64,000 bases of DNA. It comes from Pelomyxa schiedti (Eukaryota; Protista; Evosea). Location: assembly GCA_020536535.1 (NCBI GenBank), contig JAHLWZ010000276.1, positions 19,524 through 83,523 of the forward strand, written 5' to 3'. The notes beneath the pieces are model-generated. The model searched no databases. It worked only from the letters and a program-made list of their open reading frames with translations, and had not been told where the DNA came from. Position 1 is the first letter of the stretch; every line of letters starts with the position of its first letter. Positions 1 through 9,860 of this stretch are shown in pieces. The position numbers and the translations under genes were made by a program.

Positions 1-636
1 AGGGATATAAAGGAAGGCGTATAGCAATCGGGGTGATATTCGATTATGGGGATGGGGGAAAGGGGGAGGGGACATTCCCTTGAGGGAAGGAGGGAGCACG
101 GCGGCGCCATCCCTCACGCGCACCACCAGCGGCACTCTGCCCACAAGGCCGAAGAACTCCCTGTCAAGCGTGGCGCTGTGGTCCAGCAACCACACATCCC
201 CCCGCTTCCCACTAGCACTGCTGCTACTACTGCTTCTACTACTGGTAGTTGGAGCCGTAGCAGCAACAGCAGCAGTGGCAGTGGCCCCACCGAGGCTAGT
301 AGTACTAGAACCAGTACCGGCGTACTTGCGCAGCGCGGCCGGGGGTGGGGGTGTGTCCTCGTCGTCGTAGTCGCAGTCGCCGTGGAGGGCTATGAGGAGG
401 TCGTCGGGGGCCACGTTGGGGATGCCCAGCTGGTTGTGGCTGTGGTGGCTGGGGTGGGGGCTGCCGCCGGGCGTGCGGAGGATACACGAGGCGAGGTCGT
501 GGCCGGACCAGCCCTCTTCCGCCGCGACCATGGCCGCCCTAGTGCCGCCCTCACCCTCGCGGTCGTCCCCTGTGGCCGTGGTGGTTGTTGGTGTGTGAAC
601 CACCCATACACGGTGTTGTTGCGGTCGCCTATCCAT
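1..636 (-). CDS. 5' part of a hypothetical protein gene running off the left edge of the window
   Basis: Open minus-strand frame from ATG at 636 (MDRRPQQHRVWVVHTP...GWSGHDLASCILRTP...DVWLLDHSATLDREFFGLVGRVPLVVRVRD...) with no stop before base 1; GC-rich 5' end like other genes here; no family recognised. Confidence 0.5.
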   Translation of the reverse strand, partial: MDRRPQQHRVWVVHTPTTTTATGDDREGEGGTRAAMVAAEEGWSGHDLASCILRTPGGSPHPSHHSHNQLGIPNVAPDDLLIALHGDCDYDDEDTPPPPAALRKYAGTGSSTTSLGGATATAAVAATAPTTSSRSSSSSSASGKRGDVWLLDHSATLDREFFGLVGRVPLVVRVRDGAAVLPPSLKGMSPPPFPHPHNRISPRLLYAFLYIP

Positions 637-826
637 TGCCTTGTGTGAAGAGAAAAAATTCGGCCCAAAATGGTTCTGCCGACGGGCAGGGTAAGTTTGA
701 AATCGATGGCCGATCCGATTCACCGGCTCATCGGCAGCACCCAGATTCCCTGGTACTGTAGTACCCGGGCAACCTTTGGCACACTAAAAAGATGGGTCGG
801 AAGAAGTTGTGGGATTGGTATTTTAT

Positions 827-3800
827 TTACTTGGTAGTAAGAATGGTATTCACAATAGATTGTGCTGCCAGAGGGAGGCCAACCACAAGTGCAAATCCAA
901 GTAGAACCTCGCTGTTGACAAATGAAACGTCATCATAGTGCCCCTGTGTCAGTGGCCATGATTTGTAGTAGTGTGATATCTCATACACGGCAGCGGATAG
1001 CACTGCATGCATAAAAACAGTGTTCCACAGCAACTGCCCTGCTGATCCTGCAGCCGGCTGGATTGTTGTGGGTGTTGTGGTTGGTGATGTTGTTGATTGG
1101 CGTTGGTGGATTTGGCCCAGGCATGTGGCCGAGACAAGAAAGCAAGAGAATTTGTGCAGCACTGTTAGGATTACACTGAGAACCTATGTTTTGATTGGTG
1201 GGTATTACTAGTTGGTTCCGGAGAATTTTAATAAAGGTGAACGGAATTGATACCGGGGGAATCATGGAAGGGTACGGCAGCCAAACTCTGCAGAGCGGCG
1301 GTGCGGTGATGTGGAAGTCTCTTTTCATAGATATGTGGAAACAATAAGCAAGAGACATTCCAAAGAACGCCAGTAACGGTGGCACAGTGCGTGAATGAGT
1401 GTTGCTAATTTCGGCACTCAATTTCCTCAGGGAAAGTAAAGCCGGCAATTGGCAAAAGATAAATGTCGCTCTTTCTTTTTGATCCTCCAGAATGAAAGTG
1501 AGTACCACTGCCGGCAAGTGCCAAAGGTGGAGGCCCAGGATTGCCTGAGAATTTGAGATCGTGAATGTGACATTGTGATAAAATACCGGGTAAATCAGAG
1601 TGATTACAAAAAAAACTCCGCAGAGAAGAACGATGAAATTGTCCAATTCCTCACTTCTTGATGCAGAAAGTTTTGTATCCTTATACAGAACAATGAAGAC
1701 CAAGCCCGCACACAGATTAACGAGGCTTTTTTCTTTCCACCCATTGGCATCGAAGTACTGCCACACACAAAAACTACAGTGAGGTTATCATAATAATAGT
1801 TGAGAAGGTTCCAGTCATTACATGGAAAATCCGATGAAACTGAGAACGTTCCACGGAATAAGAATTTGCCTCGACTCTGCAAAATATTGCATAAGAGGTT
1901 CCAGGGTGGATAACCACAGTACCCTCCATCCCAAAGAAAAAAAGGTGATGAGGTTATCCCATTGGTAATCAAGGGGCAGAGTTTCATCACAAGCTGTTGT
2001 TACGATTAGAAGCCCTGCCATCACACCAGCAAGAGGAATTAAACTGCGGAAGTGTATATTGTTGTAGAATAATTTGTTGAATCCTCCACACAATCCCACG
2101 CCTAACCACAGAGAGATTATCCACAGAAATGTATGTATCAACTTTGACATTCCTTCACATTGTAAATGGTCGTGGGGATCAGTATTAAACGAACTTGTGT
2201 GATCTCTCGGGCCGCAGAAGTGCGTGGAGTAATACAGTCCTGAATAGACGAGCAAGAGGCAGCACACTTTAAGGTACGGAAAGGAGTTCCTCAACACCGA
2301 TACTGAATTTTAGTCAGAACAAAGTAGATCCTCCAGTATTCTACCACGGACGGTTTCAGAAATGCTCCGCATATACTTCTGAACCACTTCCAACTGGTCA
2401 GCTCTAGTGAACCCATCAGTAGCAAAAGGCACGTTCATTGCTTCCCGCTCGGCATTGCTAAGAATACTGCTTTTTGATTCCATATTCTTTCTCAATTGAA
2501 CGAGGGTCTGGGCATACAAGGTTTTCAAATATGTCCAGTTGGTTGAGGCAGGGAAAGCAACGCCCAGCGAATTCAATGGAATACTTGAACATGAAAAATA
2601 CTGGGAAAGAGTTGGTGCCACGTCAGTCACTTCCAATAGAGGTGGAACTGTGCCCGAAGTGATGTTTCCCCAGGCCTGCTTGTGGAGATGCGGATTGTAC
2701 AACGTAACGAATGCTTCATTGCCTTCCACTTGCAACGCATTTGGAGAATTCAAGCCTTCAGAAGGTGCTACTCCATGATCAGACATCACAGCTAGAAGGT
2801 AATCGTCGTGTGCACTCACCCATTCTTTTACTTTTTCAAGATTCTAGTAGAGTTTGAGGTTGAGGTCCTCCTGGGTGTGCGCATACCTTCTTAAACGCAG
2901 AAACCATTCTTTTTGATGTCTTGGAGAATTGAGCAGTATTTTGCTTGTGGTTTGCCATGTCCAAAACTGCAGAGGAAGCTACTACGTTGCAGGTCCCAAA
3001 ATTAGTAACTGAATCAAGCTGCAAGTCGATCTGGGAACGTCAACTGCGATGTTGAGGAGAATCGGGGAGTACAATGCTTTCATTGAACATTAAGTGCGGA
3101 AATAACACACTGAGATCCGCGGAATAGTGTTGCTTTGCCACCCACTTCTTATTATACGCGAATAGATGAACGAATGAGTCATAATAACCTTCCATTGCAT
3201 AAAAAGCAGTCTGTGTTTTAACTTAGGAAGAGAAAGCAACCCTGAAATATTTAGTATAACGGGGCAATGAGTACTGGTGATTTCGCCAGTGCATCACATT
3301 CATAAATTTGGTGAAATAAGTTATCAATCTTCACTGCAGTTCCAATGGTATTTTTGCTGAATACCCCTGTAAAGAAGCTTGTCATAACCGGTCCTACCGC
3401 TTGCAAGTAACTTGGTGGCGATCGCACTGGAATGGAAGGTGAATTCTATATACCCTGGAGTGTATCAGTTACCTCGAAATGTGTGCACGTTTTCCCCTGT
3501 TGTTATTCCTTGGCGCTTACCGATATCATAGTTCAGGCCCTCAATAAAAAAAAGGATAAACCTGGGGCCAGATAAAAACTCACTCAAGAAAAAAACTTGA
3601 TGTGCATACTTGTCATACCCAAGACCATGTTCCTTCTTCCTTGGGCACATCTCACCATCCCCGTAGACATAATCTATGACATTCCTAAAGTTAACAAAGG
3701 ACAGGAAAAAGTTTAGAATTTAAAACTCTGGAAATCCCTTGAGCCCGCCATAGGAATAAGGACAGCACGCACAATTATCGCGCGTCCAGCACTCCCTGTT

Positions 3801-4145
3801 GTCGCTCCCCGGGCGCGACAACGCAATGCCAGCGGAATCCCCATCCCACAGCATCCTACCCCCATTACACACGCACAGGTACCCGGCCGTCGCGTAGCAG
3901 CACAGGAACACAAGGGCAGCCCCGGGCAGCCGCCGCAGCCCCCCCGCCCCGGCTGCTGCTGGTTCCCTCTCCCTCTCCCTCTCCCTCTCCCGCCCCGGCC
4001 CGGTGCCTCGTGGTGGTTCCTGCACCTGGTAGTGGTGGTGGTGCCCATCCTTGCCGGCACCGGGCGCCGTTTGTGTGGCCGCGGCTTCCTCGTCCTCGTC
4101 CTCGTCATTGTCCTTGTGTGTGGGTGGAGCTGTGCGGCATTTCAT
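827..4145 (-). CDS. GPI ethanolamine-phosphate transferase-like (PIG-O/PIG-G type, alkaline phosphatase superfamily) multi-pass membrane protein, divergent; multi-exon
   Basis: Exon translations RFILFFIEGLNYD, LDMANH, DDYLLAVMSDHG and DVAPTLSQYFSCSSIPLNSLG match the VIDALR / LDHxGH / GDHG / DLVPTL..IPFSNLG blocks of PIG-O/G in order, followed by many hydrophobic TM-like exons (827-2297). Confidence 0.65.
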
Positions 4146-4556
4146 CTCGTCGTAGTCGTGGCGTTGTTGTTGATCACCATCACTGTCTCAGGCTCATTAT
4201 TCCATCATGTGGTGGGGAGCCGCATTGGCATCGATGCAATCTAGTACACACAGGCACTCCTGCGACACCCACGTGTGATTCCCCCAACACCCAAGACTGA
4301 CATTGCAGAGAGATTCTGGTCACGGGACAGAGGTATGCCTTGTTTGTGCGGTGTCACACAGTGTGCCCACGTGGCGTGGGGGTTGTTGTTTTGTTGTTTA
4401 CTTGGTGCCTACTACCCACACAGAAGTTCGGCGCAATCTGATCCCACAACACCGAAATGGAAAGCAGTACGCGGTGATGGGAGATCCGCTGTATCCCTTT
4501 TTGTGCTTTTTTCAGCCTTTACAGAGTGCAAGAAGAGCAAGTGCTGCCACTCGTGT

Positions 4557-6540
4557 TTAGACTGCGAGAGAGTCCTTGATTACGTTGAGGGTCGATGTGA
4601 TGTGGTCGGGGTGTGTATCTTTGCTGAGGGAGAACCTAATCCCTGTGACTTTGATGGAGCCTGGTGCTGTGAACCCTGACACGTGAATCCGGTGCGAACT
4701 GTGCAGTAGTGTGTGTGTTGTTAGGGAGGGAAGAGAAGGGAGTGATGTGTTACAATTATATTGTAGTTTGTTGTTGGTGCAGTAGTACCTGAGGGCGTTA
4801 AGAACTTTCTTGTGGTGCGGACCAAAGGAGACAAAAGAAATGTTGGGAAGCCTGGGGGATTCGGCACCAATTATAGTGATTTCACTGTGGATTTCTTGAC
4901 AGAATTGTGTCAAAGCGGCTTCAAACTCGTCGCGCATCCTTCTGACTTCGCTGTCAACATCTTTGATTACGTTGAGCATAATCACAAACTGAGGGAAAGA
5001 TATACATGGTTGGGTTCTTGATGCAATCTTGAGTGCTTCAGTTATTCCAACTAACCCTGGGAGGTTGGTAATTCCACCCCGATTCAGTTCGTTCTATTTC
5101 CTTCTTAGAGGAGATAGAGGTAAACATTTAGAGATTGCGTACTTGGTACTCTGAACGATGTTAATTGCGCAGAATAGACATTAAAGCATAAAGAAAATAC
5201 CTCCATGAATCAGCGGCATTGCATGCCGGCCATCCTTGGTGACCAGAAGCCCAGTTCCTGATGAGAAGTACTTACTTACTTAAGTCTTCAAATCGAAAGG
5301 TACCATTTGGGCCGTAGATTTTATGCCCCGAAATCGACATGAAGTCAGCCCCCAGGGATGAAAAAGAAAACGGCAGTTTGCCAATCCCCTGCACGCCGTC
5401 AATGTGAAAAAGGGCGCCGTTCTATTGAATGTGAAAAGGAAAATAAAGAAATTCGCGAATCTACTTCGTGGGCAACTTGACAAAGTTCCTTAAAGTAATG
5501 TAAGAAAAGAAAGTAATTTAAATTGAAGTGATGAGGCTACTTCAATTGGATTTATCACACCGGTTATCGATGAAGCCCAATTCTATCACAGTGAGTTGTG
5601 GATAGTAGCAAATGGGAGTGGAGAATTACAACGGAAACTAGTAATGTTGTACCGGAAATGAATCGTCTCAGCGATTCTACCTCAACGTAACCATCTTCAA
5701 AGCAATGTAAACAGGTAAATAAGTGGGAAGAAGTTCAAACCCAATTTGCAAGGGAGATATAATACCGGTGCTCCAAGCTCCTGCACAAACCTGCATGCTC
5801 TAAAAAGTGTGAGTTACCTTATAGAAAAAGAGAGGCAGACTGAGTGACTGAGGGATGGTCAGAAAGTGCGGTGATGATCTGAAGACGATAAGATTAAAAG
5901 GCTACAAAGTATTTTCTAACGCACCTGGAGCCTGTTGTGGCAGTTTTTTGGTGCGAAATGCATTGCCTTTATCACTGTAATTAAACCAGTGTTCAATAAA
6001 TAGGTACTACAGAGCAAAGGAAATGCCTTGATTGCAAGACTCGGTAGCACTGGAGGTCTGCCAAATTTAAGATTATTACTCTTTGAGCTTCAGGGAAAAC
6101 CTACCAGAGTGATCTTGTCATCTTCACAACAGTGGAGAAGGTTCTTGATGGTGCTAACGTAACCCTGCTCCTCTCCTCTTATTTCCTCTGACTCAACAGT
6201 CATTCCAAGGAAATTTCCAAGAATAAAAACAAAAAACGAGAACCAACCTCTTGAGAAGAAGAACTTTTCACCCCTCAAAAAAGGCAGCATTGCATCCACC
6301 ACGCTCCCATCAATCCTCGTAGTACTGCACTGTGCAGTACTGCGTCATCACACAGCATCCACAACATCAACAAACAACACAGCATTTGTGTATTTGGGTC
6401 CCACAATACAACTCAACTCCACGTACGTTGTCCAAATAAACGTCGCCGGGTAACTCTCCCTCCGTATTGTGCGTGCCACCACTTGCACGGCCCTCACTGC
6501 CTACGAGGGCGGGATTATGGGCCTCGGTGCTCGCCGACAT
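4557..6540 (-). CDS. NifS/IscS-like class V PLP-dependent enzyme lacking the catalytic cysteine loop; multi-exon
   Basis: Spliced motifs VYLDNCSTTRID..VVDAMLPFL, FTSATES, IITALSDHPSV, HIDGVQGIGKLP, MSISGHKIYGPNG (PLP lysine), GGITNLPGLVG, RLPNISFVSF, GIRFSLS; all junctions examined are GT-AG. Confidence 0.85.
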
Positions 6541-6697
6541 GTTCGCGAAGACACAAGTCGCTATTGATTATCCAGAACCTTCGTTCCCAGAAAAGTTTCC
6601 CTCATTTTGAAAATACGCGCCTTCATTGGCAGGAGGGACAATAGAAAAAGAAAGAAAATGGATTCACTTCTGGAGACAAGGTTGTGAAAAACAACAG

Positions 6698-8874
6698 TTA
6701 CATGCCCACAAGGAAGTTGGAGAACTGAAGTGGGTCGTCTGGGTCCCTGGGTGCTTTTTGTAGCTGGTTGTGGTTCTGTAATGTAATGAGACGGGAATGG
6801 CCGAACAATAAAAGAGTGTAGCCAAACCTTGAGCGGGTGCCAGTCGGTCCAGTACCCACGGCACTCCAAGAAGGGCTTGACAAAGTCGATAATTTCGTTG
6901 TGGTCCATGTCTGTTGGGCAGTGGTTAATGAATGTTAAGTTGGTTGGATTTGATAGTAACACACCACAAGGCTCGATTAGGCCGGACATCGGGTGCGCAA
7001 CAGCCCACCGGAACCCCGCAATGACACCGTAAGTTACGGGGCATGTTGTTGCATTGACACGCACATGGGGTAGCATTTGCTTAACCTTTTCGACCGAGAT
7101 ATTTACTCCGTACCTGTGAGCTGGTTAAATTAGGGCGAAAGTTAAACGACCGTACCAATAGCCGCCAAGTTTGCTGCCAAGTATGAGCATACCGTATTCG
7201 TCATAACCACCCGGCAGGATGTAGGGCGGAAGGAGAATGCGGTGTTTTTGTTGTGCGATGAAATCGTTCTCCGCCAGCTCTCTCAGAGATAATACAGCAT
7301 CGTCACAAGGGTGGTAGGAATAATATGTGGTTGGGCGGTAAATGTCACGACCGGTACTGGCGTCCTTAATCGTGAGGAAATCAGCAAGTTCCAGACACTA
7401 ATAACCAAGAGTTAGTTGCTGACAGGGAGTTTGTTTTTTTCTTCGTACCTCATAATGAGTGGTTAGAGTGCCGAAGTGCGGACCCTGTCGAGGGCACCAG
7501 GTTTTCACTAACACAAGGTTAAACAAAACTTCGAAAGAAAGGGCTCTACCTGTGCAAAGAGCACTCGGTCTGTCAAGCATAATCGCGGACTTGGAGCCAG
7601 TTGTGTGCTGAAAGAGAAGTCAAGGACAAAGGAAGAGTTAGAGTGCAGACCAGTAAAGCTCCCTCTGGAAGACGTCTTTCGTGTGTGCCCCAGCCCATTT
7701 CTGCCGGTTGGAGCAGTTCTTCAATGTCTACATCAAGTCTCAGTTAATCAATTGCGATGCAGAGACATACAGCCAATGACAGACCACGTTTGAACAAATT
7801 CGCCCTTCTTTTTTGGTACAGATGACTGTTGTCCGTCTCGTTCAGAAACTTGAATAATCTTCAGTATGTAAGTGCTAGGAAAAAAGTGTTTGCGTCTTAC
7901 ACGAATTCCGAGTCTTTGGCAGAGTGCAGCCCACTCTTCTTTATTGGCCGGAATTGGAGGGGCTACACCGTCAACAGCTGTTGCTATCTCATATATACCT
8001 TGTTTGGCAAACGACTCTGCAAGACCGGGGTTTGCTCCATGTGAGGTAACTGTAAAAAACTTGTAAGGCGATGACCCCAACAATGAAAAGGCTGTTTACT
8101 TGCAGTAGTAGAGCGCCCTTTAAAGGCACCAAGGCGTTGCCTCAGCTCTAAAAATTTATTCCGTATGGAATAATTACTTCTGTCCTCCATTCTGGGATAA
8201 ATTGTGAGACTAAGACACTGTGGAAGAAAGAATAAGTACGAGATATTTGGGTCCATGAACTCGTCACCCCAGGGCTCGAGGGAGGCGTCCTGGTAAAGAA
8301 TTCTTCTGCGCTGGCAGTACTCCATAAGCGCAAGGCTACCAACGGAAACGGAAAGATTGAGGAGGAAGTCACCTGGAGCAAGGAATCTAAAACACAGGTT
8401 ATGAGGGCCATTTACAGAGAAAGATAACAAACCCGTCAAGTACAGACACAAAATTCTCCTTGGTAAATTTCTGAATAACGTAGCGCATGCCAAGACCTTC
8501 GGCAGTCGATCTCCCTGTCAGAAACAGTTAGAAGAGTGCATATCTTTTCTCTACAGAGAGGGAAAGAACCTCCATTGTCAGCGGAAAGAACCGTTATCAA
8601 TGCCGGATTCATGTTCACGTAACGAATGATGAGTGGCAGCACACCTGCGGGAGCAGAAACGTTATTATTTGGAATAGGCGATAGCTACGCAAATTTTCAT
8701 ACTTTGTGCTATTACACCAGCGCCGATGACAAGGACTTTGTTACTCCACGTCGGGTTGGGTGACATGTGACCCATCATAACACCAACGCGACGAGAAGCC
8801 GATGACGCGGACGCACTGGTAGTAGCATCAGTAGCTGTCGCAGATCCGGCAGAGGCAGAGCTAGGCGATGACAT
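6698..8874 (-). CDS. hss: Bacterial-type homospermidine synthase (saccharopine dehydrogenase fold); multi-exon
   Basis: Spliced motifs VLVIGAGVIA, LLNLSVSVGSLALMEYC, YQDASLEPW, RSNYSIR, SHGANPG, VSERDGQ, FVQTWSVIGYIEELLQPAEMGWGTHE, TTHYE, YRPTTYYSYHPCDDAVLSL, GYWYG, NATT, WTDWHPL, DPLQFSNFLV are collinear with bacterial HSS. Confidence 0.9.
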
Positions 8875-9167
8875 CACCAAATGAACGAGGCGAGGTTTTT
8901 TATTTTAATTGTTCCAAACAGCAAACCCGTTGACCTTCTCGAAACAAAGAAAGATCCGTCAAAATGACCAGATGACATCATCGATCTGTTATCGCCATTT
9001 CACCCCCCTCACACTCACATAAACTATGAATGGTTGTTTGTTTAACACAAAAACACATCTTTTCTTCTTCCCTTAGTTTTTTGCTCCATATAAGAGATCA
9101 TGATCTTAAGGCTAGTTGCAACGAGTCAAGACCAGGCCATTGTACATAACGATCTCCTCGGTGTTGC

Positions 9168-9460
9168 TTAGGAGCCAACAATGATGTTGTTGATGGGGAT
9201 GTGGACGAGTTTGACAAAGAAGCCAATGAACCCCATAATGCAAAATCCAATCGTGGTTCCGAGAGCCAACTTGCTGAACTCTACAGCACAGCGTTACCAG
9301 TTGTAGGAGGCGGAGGAGGGAGGGAAAAAAAAAACGAAGTGCAGAAAGCATAGAGGGTGCGCGTACCTTTCCAGGTTGGTTTCTCGCACATCACGAGGAA
9401 TTGGTGGCTGTCCTTGGCGAACTTCTTCACAGAACGCGTTGTCTTGGCGAGTGTGTCCAT
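9168..9460 (-). CDS. SEC61G: Protein translocon subunit Sec61 gamma (SSS1/SecE)
   Basis: Two exons (9367-9460, 9168-9280; intron 9281-9366) give [68 protein letters not shown]. Confidence 0.95.
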
Positions 9461-9860
9461 TTATTTTGTCCTTTCGTGGGGCCCGACGCTCGTGGTATCG
9501 CCGCAGTGTTCTGTGCTGATTTGTTTTTAATTGTGACTGTTTTCGCGTTAGTGATTTGGTCAAAGTCAAATGATCCCAGCGAACTGGAGACAATTCTCAG
9601 CCGCGGCGATGATGATAAGTAAATAAGTGCCTCTCTCCTGCTTACAGAGCTGGATTCTAAGTCTTTTTTTCGGGTGGATCTCGAAAACCAACATCCTAAA
9701 GAGAAAAACATCACCGCAACCAAACGCTGGAATGTTCAAACGAAAAACATTTCAACTTGTCACTCAGAAACAAAACAGAAAGCAGCACAACAACAGCGAT
9801 CTCTACCACAACCAGATCTACGACAACAAACAAGCAAAGCAAGCTCCACAGCAACCCTCT

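Noticed and set aside
46-648. Long antisense ORFs in the supplied track (also 14579-15271, 22155-23054, 27985-28557, 30047-31135, 39258-39968)
   Set aside because: Shadows of GC-rich or low-complexity exons on the opposite strand, where recognisable or better-supported genes lie.
6698-8874. HSS and NifS-like genes as bacterial or endosymbiont contamination
   Set aside because: Both are interrupted by many canonical spliceosomal introns and are contiguous with Sec61 gamma.
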